From NCBI GenBank assembly GCA_038824665.1, contig JAWBBK010000003.1, positions 44,021 through 108,020 on the forward strand: a stretch of 64,000 nucleotides of DNA, in the 5' to 3' direction. The DNA comes from Acidilobaceae archaeon. Its GTDB lineage: Archaea > Thermoproteota > Thermoprotei_A > Sulfolobales > Acidilobaceae. Shown piece by piece: positions 36,359 through 46,315 of the stretch (positions within the stretch are counted from its first letter, which is position 1; each line of letters opens with the position of its first letter). Both the position numbers and the translations under genes were made by a program. The notes below the pieces were generated by a model that ran no database searches, was not told the DNA's origin, and saw only the letters and a list, made by a program, of their open reading frames with translations.

Positions 36359-37418
36359 ATGGATTAAAAAGATAGAGAAGAGAGAGATCTCGCTAGAAGA
36401 TCTCGATGACCTCTTAGGAAACGCTAACTTAGCTGCTCTTGTGAGAAGACTGTATTTAGAGAAAAGCTTCAAGATCTCACTGACCGGCATAGCCAGTAGC
36501 GTGATCGACTTCGAGGCTTTGAAGAGTTTAACAAGAGGAACAGCGATAGGAGCGGTTCAGATACCTCTCTATATTCTAGGACCAGTCTCAATTGAGGGAG
36601 GAGCAGTAAGTGGCGAAGTAGTGTTTCCTCTAGCGCTTATAGACATAGACAGCTTAGCTCTGCTCAACGACTTTATAGGGTTGACTAAAGGAGGTCTCAA
36701 AGTCTTCTCTGAGGTGAAAGATGTAGAGATTAGGTCTATTTTGATCGCTAAAGAAGGTCTCCACAAGTGGCAGACAGAAGAAAGCTTGAAGGAGAAACTT
36801 CCAGCTGATGGTTCGTTCGAGAAAGAATTTTTGAAGATACTAGAGGAGAAGAACGTTTTAGTTTTGAAGGTTAGAACAAGTTTGTTGAGACTCAGCGCGG
36901 TCCTCTCTGAGGCAGAGGAAGTGTTGACAGAACTCTGTTCTAAAGGTTACGAGTTAATGAGACACTCCTACGTTTTTGAGACGCGTTCAGCAATAGAGTT
37001 GCCGCTAGACGCGTTGATAGAGAGAAAGGATATAGACATAACCGAACTGAAAAACTATATCGAACGTTCTTTAGCTATTGCCTCAAGGCATATGGATGTG
37101 ACTTCTAAACTGGTCACAGGATTTTTTACAGCTATCGGTCTGAGTTCAGCGAAGCTATCGACAGGAAGCCGTTCTGCAACTATATCTTCTCAAGGTCTTC
37201 TCAGTATCGCGATAGAAGGCTCTATCGTGAACATAGACGAAAGAGAGCTGAAGACATCTTTAAGGCTACCCACACAAAGCGAAACGCTGTCTCTAATAGG
37301 TATAACCGACGCTACTGAGAAAGCTATGCTCAGACTAGCGGAGCTGGCTTCTGCTTTAGTTGCTTTCGGAGAGATAGCCTCACTCCTTCTCTTCATCTAT
37401 GGAGCTAAGAAGAGGTAA
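36330..37418 (+). CDS. Degenerate class I HMG-CoA reductase homologue (probable pseudoenzyme)
   Basis: ANLAALVRRLYLE, IDF, IGAVQIP..GP, LPTQ.E.L, AEL..GEI match HMGR; TTEG, DAMGMN, GQD, TVGGG and the C-terminal His are absent. Confidence 0.75.
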   Translation: MQTMAKSLDEWIKKIEKREISLEDLDDLLGNANLAALVRRLYLEKSFKISLTGIASSVIDFEALKSLTRGTAIGAVQIPLYILGPVSIEGGAVSGEVVFPLALIDIDSLALLNDFIGLTKGGLKVFSEVKDVEIRSILIAKEGLHKWQTEESLKEKLPADGSFEKEFLKILEEKNVLVLKVRTSLLRLSAVLSEAEEVLTELCSKGYELMRHSYVFETRSAIELPLDALIERKDIDITELKNYIERSLAIASRHMDVTSKLVTGFFTAIGLSSAKLSTGSRSATISSQGLLSIAIEGSIVNIDERELKTSLRLPTQSETLSLIGITDATEKAMLRLAELASALVAFGEIASLLLFIYGAKKR

Positions 37419-37460
37419 CGCAGAAAGCCAGCGGAGCTTCTAGAGCCTGGGTGTTCCAGT

Positions 37461-37787
37461 TTGTCCACTAAAAAGAAAGGAGCGGTAATTTCGATAGGCT
37501 TCCCTAGAGTAGTTGAAGAGGTCAAGATAGGACCTCCTTATCTCACGAAATACGAAAGAGCCAGAATGATCGGGATCAGAGCTCTCCAGTTGTCTTACGG
37601 AGCTCCTCCCCTAGCTCCTATAGAGAAGATAGGCTCCACAGACCCTATACTCATAGCCAAGTATGAAGTAGATAACGGGTTGCTCCCTATTTCTGTGCTT
37701 AGGTATACGAGTTCAGGAGAGAGACAGACCCTACCTTTAAAGCTTCTCATAGAGCTAAGCAGGAGGATATTGGGTAGAGTTGAGTAG
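37461..37787 (+). CDS. rpoK: RNA polymerase subunit K (Rpo6)
   Basis: LTKYERARMIGIRALQLSYGAP. Confidence 0.93.
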   Translation: MSTKKKGAVISIGFPRVVEEVKIGPPYLTKYERARMIGIRALQLSYGAPPLAPIEKIGSTDPILIAKYEVDNGLLPISVLRYTSSGERQTLPLKLLIELSRRILGRVE

Positions 37788-38847
37788 CTTTCCTCGTCCT
37801 GTAGTTGATGAAGAGTTCGAAATACTAGAAGAGAGGAGCTTCGGAGACAGAGTAGAGATCGTTCTGGGTAATCCGAAGAAAGGAGATATGGAGAGAGCTT
37901 TAACCAAAATCTACGAGAGCTTGATGAGAGCGGACTTCTACTCAATGCTTCGCATAGAAGACAGAGGTCTAGTGCTCTACGCGTTTAAGAGAGGACAAAG
38001 CAAAGAGAGACTTTTAGTCTTAGCCGCTTTAGCTTTGATAACTCTCGTCACAGTAACTATCTCCTCTTTTGCTTTTGAGAAAATAGAGAGCTCTAAGGGA
38101 GGCTTCTCTTGGAACATACTTGCCTATCCGATAGGTCTTCTAGTACCACTCTTAGTTCACGAACTTGGTCACTCTTTAGCAATGAAGATCAAGAAGGTTC
38201 CAGCTAGCCTCCCTTATCTCTTGCCAGCTCCTCCTCTTCAACTCGGATTTCTTGGGACCTTCGGGGCAGTCATAAATATGAGATGGCTACCCGCTACTCT
38301 CAAAGATTTGGCTTTTATAGCTCTAGCCGGTCCAGTCTCTGGTTTCTTGGTCGCGCTTCCGATAGCCTATCTCGGTATTGCTCAATCAGCTGTCGTCAGA
38401 GCAGAGGAGGTAACTAGCGGTATCGAGATACCAATTGTTCCACTGATCTTCCTAGTTTTGTTGTCTACAAAGCTAGAGGTACCGAACGGATTCGTAGTAG
38501 TACTAAGTCCCTTGACTTTTGCTACAATGATAGTGTTCTTCGTCACATTCCTCAACCTGATCCCTGTAGGAATGCTTGACGGAGGTCACGTAGTAAGAGT
38601 TCTACTAGGAGAGAGGTTACACAAATACGTAGGGCTTTTTATAATCGCACTAGTGGCGCTAACTGTCCCACTAGTTCCCATTCTTTCGATATACTTGCTT
38701 GTCTTGATATTAATTTATACGCTTAGTAGAGGGCGTCATCCTGGCTCATCTTACAATTTAGAGATAAGAAGCCACACGATGAGAGTAGCAATAGCTTTAG
38801 TCTACGTCTTGTTACTAGTTCTCACTTTTCCTATACCTATCCTTTAA
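37780..38847 (+). CDS. Site-2 protease (M50)
   Basis: HELGH, GTFGAVI, AGP, NLIPVGMLDGGH. Confidence 0.9.
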   Translation: MSSFPRPVVDEEFEILEERSFGDRVEIVLGNPKKGDMERALTKIYESLMRADFYSMLRIEDRGLVLYAFKRGQSKERLLVLAALALITLVTVTISSFAFEKIESSKGGFSWNILAYPIGLLVPLLVHELGHSLAMKIKKVPASLPYLLPAPPLQLGFLGTFGAVINMRWLPATLKDLAFIALAGPVSGFLVALPIAYLGIAQSAVVRAEEVTSGIEIPIVPLIFLVLLSTKLEVPNGFVVVLSPLTFATMIVFFVTFLNLIPVGMLDGGHVVRVLLGERLHKYVGLFIIALVALTVPLVPILSIYLLVLILIYTLSRGRHPGSSYNLEIRSHTMRVAIALVYVLLLVLTFPIPIL

Positions 38848-38964
38848 CGAAAAACGATTTTCAAGTAGAGGGTTCAGACAATAGTGCACAATACCTTGAT
38901 TTAGTGTACTCAGTTCACAACTTTATAATTCTAAACGTGAAGTCATAATAGGGTAGAAGAAACT

Positions 38965-41067
38965 TTGAATGAACTCGAGAAAGGACGTTGCCGCCCTCCT
39001 GTCAACTTCATAGCGGTTATAGCTGAGAAGCCCAAAGCTGCAGAACGCATAGCAAAAGCTATAGGACAAGCTTCATTATGTGTTGACAAAGGAGTTCGAT
39101 ACTGGATAGTAAAGACCTCAAGCAAGCCTGTAGTCGTCGTGTCGGCTGCAGGTCACCTTTTCGGTATTCGAGCCTCTCAAGAGGGGTATCCTGTTTACAG
39201 CTTTCAATGGATGCCTCTATGGACTATAGACGAGAATTATCGACATCAAAAGAAGCTCTATGACCTACTAGCAAAGTTGTTGCCGAAGGCTTCTTCATAT
39301 GTGGGCGCATGTGATTACGATATCGAGGGTAGTGTCATATGCTATAAGATAATTGAGGCTTTTGGAGACCTTAAGAGAGCTTTTCGTATGAAGTTCTCAA
39401 CCCTTACAGTGACTGAGCTGAAGGAGGCTTTCAAGAAGCTTCAGCCTCTAGATATAGAGATGGTCGAAGCAGGTCTGGCAAGACACGAGCTAGACTGGCT
39501 TTGGGGCATAAACACTTCGAGAGCTCTTATGGACTCTCTGAGGTCTGTCGTCAACTACAAGAAGTCTCTTAGCGCCGGTCGTGTTCAAAGTCCTACACTT
39601 TTGGAGGCTGTTCGCAGATGGCTTAGCAGGTCTCTCCATGTACCGATTCCTTCAGTCAGTATAACCGTAGAGGCTGAGACAGCGAACGGTCATGTGGTTT
39701 ACTTCAAGCCTTTAGGGTGGAGTCCACAGAGCCTTTCTGAAGCCAGATCGATAGAGGCGGAACTTAAAAGATACAACACGCTTTTCGTTACAGATTTGAA
39801 AAAACAAGAGAGAACTGTGCTACCGCCTCCTCCGTTCAACTTAGGAGACCTTCAACATGAGGCATACAGACTTTTCGGTTTTTCTCCAAAAAAGACAGAA
39901 GAGATAGCAGAAGAACTCTACTTAGGAGCACTTATAAGCTATCCAAGAACCAATAGTCAGAAGCTACCGTCTACGATAAACTTCCATCAAATAATGAACG
40001 GCTTGAAGTCTAACCCCGACTACAAGAGCTTAGTGGATAGGTTGTTAAGAGAGACAAGAGGAGTGCTGAGACCCGTACAAGGCAAAGCCGAAGACCCAGC
40101 GCATCCAGCCATACATCCAACAGGAGAGCAACCCGAGAAGCTAACAAGAGAGCAGAAGCTTATCTACGACCTTATAGTCAGAAGGTTTCTAGCGGCCTTT
40201 GCGAAGCCTGCAGTATTGAGCGAAGTCGAGATCGTTGTAAAGGACAACTTTAATAGACCTTATGTCGCTCACGGCGTTGAGATAGTCGAAAAAGGATGGT
40301 ATAATTACTACCACTTTGAAGAGCCTCATGTAGTCAGGTTGCCTGAGGTCAGGAAGAACGATAGGCTGCGAGTAGTCAAGACCTCAGTTAAAATTAGATG
40401 GAGCGGACCTACAGAGAGTCTGACGAAGGACTCTCTTCTGAGGTGGATGGAGAGCGAAGAGCTAGGTACTGAATCAACGAGAGCTAGGATAATAGAAGTC
40501 CTCTACGAGAGAGGGTATCTAGCATCTCGCGGTAGATCTACGATCGTAACGGATTTGGGCATGGCTGTAGCTCTAATACTGAACGAGCATGTGCCTGAAC
40601 TCACCTCTCCAGAGCTTACCAGAAAGTTCGAAAAGTTGCTTGAAGACATTAGAAACAACAAAACGACTAGAGCTCAAGTAACTAGAGAAGCCATAGCGGC
40701 GCTTAACCTGATCTTGAAGAAGATCTCAGATAACAAACATTCTATAGGTTTGAAGCTCGCTCAGGCAGCTAACTTAATAAAACCTAAAGATAAATGTGAA
40801 GTGTGTGAGAGACAGGCCTCGACTTTTTTCGGAGGAACGAAATTGTGTGAGTACCACAAGATGGCAGCTGAAGAACTCAGCAAAAAGTTACCGGAGGTGG
40901 CACAGAGGCTAAGTACTACGTGTAGAAAGGCCTTAGAAGATATGGGGAAAAAGAGAACCGTAGGCACTTGGGTTCTTGACGTGGTCAGATTAGCCTTAAA
41001 GAAGCCCACATTGTTAGAAGCGCTCATATCGCAGTCATGTCGACAAGACAGCTTTAAAGCTCCTTAA
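38965..41067 (+). CDS. topA: Type IA DNA topoisomerase
   Basis: IAEKP, DYDIEG, SAGRVQSP, ISYPRT (catalytic Tyr), AHPAI, LGTESTR. Confidence 0.95.
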   Translation: MNELEKGRCRPPVNFIAVIAEKPKAAERIAKAIGQASLCVDKGVRYWIVKTSSKPVVVVSAAGHLFGIRASQEGYPVYSFQWMPLWTIDENYRHQKKLYDLLAKLLPKASSYVGACDYDIEGSVICYKIIEAFGDLKRAFRMKFSTLTVTELKEAFKKLQPLDIEMVEAGLARHELDWLWGINTSRALMDSLRSVVNYKKSLSAGRVQSPTLLEAVRRWLSRSLHVPIPSVSITVEAETANGHVVYFKPLGWSPQSLSEARSIEAELKRYNTLFVTDLKKQERTVLPPPPFNLGDLQHEAYRLFGFSPKKTEEIAEELYLGALISYPRTNSQKLPSTINFHQIMNGLKSNPDYKSLVDRLLRETRGVLRPVQGKAEDPAHPAIHPTGEQPEKLTREQKLIYDLIVRRFLAAFAKPAVLSEVEIVVKDNFNRPYVAHGVEIVEKGWYNYYHFEEPHVVRLPEVRKNDRLRVVKTSVKIRWSGPTESLTKDSLLRWMESEELGTESTRARIIEVLYERGYLASRGRSTIVTDLGMAVALILNEHVPELTSPELTRKFEKLLEDIRNNKTTRAQVTREAIAALNLILKKISDNKHSIGLKLAQAANLIKPKDKCEVCERQASTFFGGTKLCEYHKMAAEELSKKLPEVAQRLSTTCRKALEDMGKKRTVGTWVLDVVRLALKKPTLLEALISQSCRQDSFKAP

Positions 41068-41142
41068 GACCTAACTTCTCTTTAGAAACTCTACAGAGGT
41101 GGGCTCGGATTAGCTATCTGTAAAATTTGTGGAAGAGACAAT

Positions 41143-42240
41143 ATGTTGATTACTCGTGCTTTACACATCTGCTATGACTGCTTAAAGAAGAACTCGAGAT
41201 CGCCCGAATTCGTTCACAATAGAAGAAGAGTCTGGAGACACAATATTGGCTTGATCGAAGAAGTTCCTAAGAAGCCTGAAGGTAGGTCTTGTCATATATG
41301 TGTGAATGAGTGTAAGATAGGTATTGGAGAGAGAGGCTTCTGTGGAGTTTGGCTCAATAGCTCTGACAGACTCAGGTACGTGGTTGAAAAGGGGCTTCTA
41401 GCAGAGACTTACTATGATCCACATCCAACCAACTGTGTAGCCACTCCAGTGTGCTCTGCAACTACTGGAAGAGGCTTTCCACAATATACCTTCACAAAAG
41501 GTGTAGAGCGCGGCTTCTACAACCTAGCTGTATTTATGGGAGGATGCTCTTTGGATTGTGTTTTCTGTCAGAATTGGTCTCATAGAGTTTTAGCTTCAAA
41601 AGCCTTGAGGGTTAAGAGCGAACTCGATCTCTTAGAAGAGGCTCTAGATCCAAGAGTTACTTGTGTCTGTTACTTCGGTGGAGATCCAGTTCCACATGCT
41701 CCACTTCTCTTACAGCTTTCTAAACGCATTATAAAAGAGGCTAAAGAAAGAGGGCAGAGATTCAAAAGGATATGCTGGGAGACAAACGGACTAGCGAACT
41801 CTGCTCTCATAAAGCAGATGGCATTAGTGAGTTTAGAAAGCGGGGGCATAGTGAAGATAGATTGGAAAGCGTGGACCCCTTCGGTCTATGAGGCCTTAAC
41901 GGGAGTAGACGGAGAAAAAGCCGTAGCTAGACTCAAGGAAAACGTTAAACTTATAGCGAACATAGGCAGAGAGAGGTCTGAACCGCCCCTTCTAGTTATA
42001 AGCGTTCTCTTAGTTCCAGGTTATGTGACTCCAGAAGAGGTATCACACATAGCTGAGTACGTTGCGAGCTTAGACCAGAACGTTCCCATGGTTCTCTTGG
42101 CTTTCCATCCCGACTACCTTATGGACGACCTACCTCCAACCAGCCACGGACACGCTGAGGAAGCTTTTAGAGAAGCTAAGAGAGCTGGAATCAAAGAGGT
42201 CTATATAGGCAACGAGTGGCTTCTAGGAAGTTACTATTGA
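41143..42240 (+). CDS. Radical SAM protein (PFL-activase-like)
   Basis: GCSLDCVFCQNW, GGDP, WETNG, AFHP; true start probably 41110, giving an N-terminal CKIC. Confidence 0.85.
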   Translation: MLITRALHICYDCLKKNSRSPEFVHNRRRVWRHNIGLIEEVPKKPEGRSCHICVNECKIGIGERGFCGVWLNSSDRLRYVVEKGLLAETYYDPHPTNCVATPVCSATTGRGFPQYTFTKGVERGFYNLAVFMGGCSLDCVFCQNWSHRVLASKALRVKSELDLLEEALDPRVTCVCYFGGDPVPHAPLLLQLSKRIIKEAKERGQRFKRICWETNGLANSALIKQMALVSLESGGIVKIDWKAWTPSVYEALTGVDGEKAVARLKENVKLIANIGRERSEPPLLVISVLLVPGYVTPEEVSHIAEYVASLDQNVPMVLLAFHPDYLMDDLPPTSHGHAEEAFREAKRAGIKEVYIGNEWLLGSYY

Positions 42241-42304
42241 TCGCGTTAGTTTCGAGATAACTTCACGTCCTTTAACAGCTAAGATAGGAGATATAGCTTA
42301 GCTC

Positions 42305-42850
42305 TCAAAACCTAACCCATCGGAAGATCAGATAGTGAATGCTTCTCTCTCTAGAAACTACAGCAAAAACAAGACTCTTCCTGACACTATGACTCACTCT
42401 TTGGGCCATCACTATCTTCAGAGGGTCTATCTCATCATCAATATCATAACTGTGTACGATAAAGGGGGCGTGTTCTAAGCCTGGACCTAGCCTGTACACT
42501 AAGAAGTCTCCTCCATATTTAAGAGCTGAACGGACCACGAAGTTAGAATCTCGTAAAGACTTATAGGCCATGTATTCTACAAGAGACCTCTTGTTTTGTA
42601 AGACAAGAGACCTCAACTCTTCCAGGCTGAAGGGTTTTCCCTCAAGATCTCTTACGCATAGAATCCCCTTCTCAGCTAAGTATAGGGTTTCATAAAGACT
42701 AAGTCTTAAGGGCGTATCGAAGTTTGGGTCTTTAGGCTTCTCTACTCCTATAGGCAAACCGAAAAAGCCTTTAGAGAAGATTACTCTAGCCTTCTCCACA
42801 TCTAGCACAAAAGCAGAGTCCCCTATCATGATGGCTTCAACACAGCTCAC
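42305..42850 (-). CDS. endA: tRNA-intron endonuclease catalytic subunit
   Basis: LKYGGDF, GPGLEHA, HSVRK triad; crenarchaeal loop FGLPIGVEKPK. Confidence 0.9.
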   Translation of the reverse strand: MSCVEAIMIGDSAFVLDVEKARVIFSKGFFGLPIGVEKPKDPNFDTPLRLSLYETLYLAEKGILCVRDLEGKPFSLEELRSLVLQNKRSLVEYMAYKSLRDSNFVVRSALKYGGDFLVYRLGPGLEHAPFIVHSYDIDDEIDPLKIVMAQRVSHSVRKSLVFAVVSRERSIHYLIFRWVRF

Positions 42851-43672
42851 TTAGACCACCAACTTTACTATCTTCAAAGCTATTTTAGGATCTGATGAGG
42901 CCACTACTTCATTAAGCTTCACTACGTCTTCTAAAGGAGAGTCTACAGGCTCTCCAGACAGGCTGAATGCCTCTCCGCTCAGCTCTCTGAGAAAGCCCAA
43001 AGCGGCAGCTACGTCTACGTTCCTCAGTCTATTTCTTAAGTCTACAAAAGCTACGAATTTCCCCAAAGCAACGTAGCAGATCTCTAGAGCGGCGCTACCC
43101 AAGCTTCTGACCTTAAGAGAGCCGATACTCTTCTTCAAGGCGTTCAAAGTTTTGATTGCAACCTCTGATCTCTCTTCATCGAAATAGATTACAATGATCT
43201 TTTCTCCACGTTCTAACTTTATATCAGAGCGGCTCACTCTCTTGCCTCCATAGAAGCAACCTCTGCCTGTAGCAAATGAAAAAGGACTTGTTTGAAATAT
43301 GGGGGCTACAGCTCCAGCGACTACATCTCTCAGTCTGTTTCCGTAGGCGAAGGCTATCGATACTGAGGCCCAGGGAACACAAAGAGAGTAGTTGTTGCTA
43401 CCATCGAGGGGGTCTATGGCTACTTTGAGATAACCACCTCCGTTAATTTTAAATCGTCCTCTTTCTTCTGAAATCCCCTCTAGCTTTAGACCTTCTCTTC
43501 TCAAAGCCTCGACCACATAGTCCTCACTGACCTTGTCAGCCACTATAGTTTCACCTTGAACCTTAATCGTATAGGCTTCGTTACAAGCGCAGTCTCTTAA
43601 GAGAGCAGCAGCTTCTCCAGCAACTTTGACAGCTATTTTCCTTAGCTCTTCAGCTTCCTGTTCGTAGACCAT
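42851..43672 (-). CDS. suhB: Inositol monophosphatase/FBPase family protein
   Basis: SEE, DPLDGSNN, RSLGSAALE, DVAAA. Confidence 0.85.
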   Translation of the reverse strand: MVYEQEAEELRKIAVKVAGEAAALLRDCACNEAYTIKVQGETIVADKVSEDYVVEALRREGLKLEGISEERGRFKINGGGYLKVAIDPLDGSNNYSLCVPWASVSIAFAYGNRLRDVVAGAVAPIFQTSPFSFATGRGCFYGGKRVSRSDIKLERGEKIIVIYFDEERSEVAIKTLNALKKSIGSLKVRSLGSAALEICYVALGKFVAFVDLRNRLRNVDVAAALGFLRELSGEAFSLSGEPVDSPLEDVVKLNEVVASSDPKIALKIVKLVV

Positions 43673-43786
43673 GGAGACTACCTGGTAGCAATTGCTTCAA
43701 CTCGGACTTATTATGATTGAACTCTTCAATGTTTAGCTAAAAACTAAAACATCTTGAGGTATGAGGTGGTATGGAGTGGGAACTCT

Positions 43787-44263
43787 ATGAAGACTCCCGC
43801 TTTCACTAAGAAGTTTGCCATTGGACTTCTAGATGTGATTCTCATTTTGATCTTGGTTTCGTATATAATCTTGAGGTTAAGCGGTGGAGGAGTAGCTGTA
43901 GTGAGCGGTAGAAGCATGGAGCCCACTTTACATACTGGAGATGTAGTCATCTATATAAATAGCTCTCCGAAAGAGCTGAAAGAAGGTGATGTAGTTATAT
44001 ATGAAAGCAACGGAGACCTGGTGATCCATAGAATTGTGTATAAGTATGAGGTAGGCTCTAGGACGTGTTTTGTGATTCAAGGAGACAACAACCCTAGACC
44101 AGACGTAGGAGATCCCGAAAGTTGTCCCCCGACAACCGCTTATCCTGTATACGGAATACCGGAGGAGTGGATTAGAGGTAAGGTAGTAGACGCTGGTGGT
44201 TATGTTCTAAAGGTGCCCTACATTGGGATTCTGACTTTGATGTTACACGAGTTGTTAGGGTAG
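43787..44263 (+). CDS. Signal peptidase I (Sec11 type)
   Basis: TM helix, SGRSMEP, GDVV, VIHR, QGDNN; ATG 43787 preferred. Confidence 0.88.
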   Translation: MKTPAFTKKFAIGLLDVILILILVSYIILRLSGGGVAVVSGRSMEPTLHTGDVVIYINSSPKELKEGDVVIYESNGDLVIHRIVYKYEVGSRTCFVIQGDNNPRPDVGDPESCPPTTAYPVYGIPEEWIRGKVVDAGGYVLKVPYIGILTLMLHELLG

Positions 44264-44277
44264 AGCGTGGAGAAGCC

Positions 44278-44886
44278 ATGAGGGTGACCGTAGCCTTAAC
44301 TGGAGCCAGTGGGATAAGAGTAGCCTTGCGTTTACTTCAACACTTGAGCTCTTTAAATATAGAGATTTATGGAATTATAGTAACTAAGACGGCTAAAACG
44401 GTAGCGGAAGTCGAGGAGGGGTTGATGGAGGACGAGCTGATGAGAATCCTAAAAAGCTATGCTCGCGTTTACGAAAACGAAGACTATGACTCACCTCTGG
44501 CTAGTTCTTCTAATCAGTCTGACGCTATGGTGATAGTTCCAGCAAGCATGAAAACTATAGGGTTCATAGTCAACGGGATTCCCGAAGGTCTTGTAAGCAG
44601 AGCAGCTCTGGCCGTTCTCAGACTAAGGCGCAAATTGGTAGTAGCTCCTAGAGAGTCTCCACTAGGAGTTTCTGAACTTCGAAATCTCTACAAGTTGGCG
44701 CTGAGCGGTGCCATAGTTGTCCCCATCACGTTAGCTTTCTACAACCTTCCCAAGACTATAGATGATGTGATTGATTTTAATGTAGGCAAGATCTTAGACG
44801 TCTTAGGAATAGAGCACAACGTATACAAGAGATGGGAAGGCCTCACAAGATTTAAAACTCCAAGCCCTAAGCCTCACGGGGGTTAG
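44278..44886 (+). CDS. ubiX: Flavin prenyltransferase UbiX
   Basis: TGASG, PASMKT, PRESP, FYN.P. Confidence 0.92.
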   Translation: MRVTVALTGASGIRVALRLLQHLSSLNIEIYGIIVTKTAKTVAEVEEGLMEDELMRILKSYARVYENEDYDSPLASSSNQSDAMVIVPASMKTIGFIVNGIPEGLVSRAALAVLRLRRKLVVAPRESPLGVSELRNLYKLALSGAIVVPITLAFYNLPKTIDDVIDFNVGKILDVLGIEHNVYKRWEGLTRFKTPSPKPHGG

Positions 44887-44890
44887 CTGG

Positions 44891-45286
44891 ATGCCCGCAT
44901 ATCACGGCAGAGACCTGAAGAAGCCGAGTGGGGGCCGTAAAAACAAACCGTATAAAGTGAAAAGATGGGCTCTCAGAGGAGGAGAGCCCGTGCTGACAAA
45001 GCTAAGCCAGAAGACTGAAGTCAAGATCGTCAGAGGTAGAGGAGGCAATCAAAAAATTAAGCTAACTTCTGTCTCTCACGCTGTAGTCTCTAATCCGAAG
45101 ACTGGAGATACTAAGACGGTGAAGATACTCAACGTAGTCGAAACTCCAGCAAACAGAGAGTACGCTAGGAGAGGCATCATAGTCAAGGGGTCGATAATAC
45201 AGACAGAGCTGGGCAAGGCGGTAGTCACATCTAGACCTAGCCAAGACGGGGTAGTCAATGCCGTCCTCTTAGAGTCTTCAGGTTAG
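44891..45286 (+). CDS. rps8e: 30S ribosomal protein S8e
   Basis: KPSGG, RGRGGN.K, VTSRPSQDGVVNAV. Confidence 0.97.
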   Translation: MPAYHGRDLKKPSGGRKNKPYKVKRWALRGGEPVLTKLSQKTEVKIVRGRGGNQKIKLTSVSHAVVSNPKTGDTKTVKILNVVETPANREYARRGIIVKGSIIQTELGKAVVTSRPSQDGVVNAVLLESSG

Positions 45287-45291
45287 TTTTT

Positions 45292-45579
45292 ATGGCTAGA
45301 ATGCTGGTCTGGCCAGCTTATATAGACTGTAACGTTGGGAGGAGATCAGGCAGACGTCTTTCTAAAGACCTCTGTGTCAAAAAACCAACAATAGCCGAGA
45401 TAGTAGTAGCGGCAGAGAAGCTAAACCTTAGACCTGAAGTAGTCAAGAAAAGCTATCCTAAACAATGGTGGACATATAAAGAAGCTGTGCTAGTAGACAA
45501 GATAGGTAGCAAAAGAGCTACTTTAAAGATGTTAGCACAAAAAATACAAGACCTTAGAAAACATCATGTCTTGACTTGA
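45292..45579 (+). CDS. srp19: Signal recognition particle 19 kDa protein
   Basis: WPAYID..RSGRR..KPT..EI, KSYP. Confidence 0.92.
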   Translation: MARMLVWPAYIDCNVGRRSGRRLSKDLCVKKPTIAEIVVAAEKLNLRPEVVKKSYPKQWWTYKEAVLVDKIGSKRATLKMLAQKIQDLRKHHVLT

Positions 45580-46315
45580 ACTCTCTAAGCATAGGGATCG
45601 CTTCTATTTTCTCTTTATCTAAAAGGCTCCAAAGGAGACCAGAAGGTCTTTGACCTCTCTCTACCACTTTTATAGTTCTCGTCGGCGTACAAATGACGTC
45701 AACAGGGACGTCGTAAGGGTCTTGAGGGATCCTGTGGTCCAAGACCTGTACGTCGTGTACGGTCGTAGCTATGAGAACGTTCTGTTCTATAATTCCCAGC
45801 TCTAGCAGTATAGCGTACTCGAGCTCTCCATAACCTTCACCCTTACCCAGTCTTTCTCCGTAGGCGTTGACAGCCACACTACCCTCTACTATCATGTCAA
45901 TAGAAGAGACGACTTTCGAGAGTTCCTTAACGCTTCTCAAAACTTTGCCAAACTCAAAAGCTCCTCTTATAGTTGAGACTCTTTCATAAAGAGCGGGCGG
46001 AACGGAGCGGGGCTCGATGATTATAAAGCCCTCTCTAAGCCTGGGTGTGGGCATTAGCAAGGTCTTTCCTTCTTCTAAAGCTCTCAGTCTAACCCATCTC
46101 TGTGGAGAGTCAGGGTTTACCTTAACGATAGTAGCTCTTCTCCAACTGGGCTCTGCGAATAGCCTCTCGGCCGCTTCTCTGGCTCCCACAAAGTTTGGTA
46201 TTCTACCCCATATCGGATATGGTGGGAGCGCTACCCTAAGTTCTAGCATCCTTCTCCAGACGGCGTTCCTAAGCTCGCTTTTCGTCTTCTTCTTGCTCTC
46301 CAAGACTTTCCTCAA
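45554..46315 (-). CDS. 5-formyltetrahydrofolate cyclo-ligase-like protein
   Basis: RIPNFVG, KVNPDSPQ, RLGKGEGY..LEY, DVPVD.I.TP. Confidence 0.85.
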   Translation of the reverse strand: MRKVLESKKKTKSELRNAVWRRMLELRVALPPYPIWGRIPNFVGAREAAERLFAEPSWRRATIVKVNPDSPQRWVRLRALEEGKTLLMPTPRLREGFIIIEPRSVPPALYERVSTIRGAFEFGKVLRSVKELSKVVSSIDMIVEGSVAVNAYGERLGKGEGYGELEYAILLELGIIEQNVLIATTVHDVQVLDHRIPQDPYDVPVDVICTPTRTIKVVERGQRPSGLLWSLLDKEKIEAIPMLREFKSRHDVF

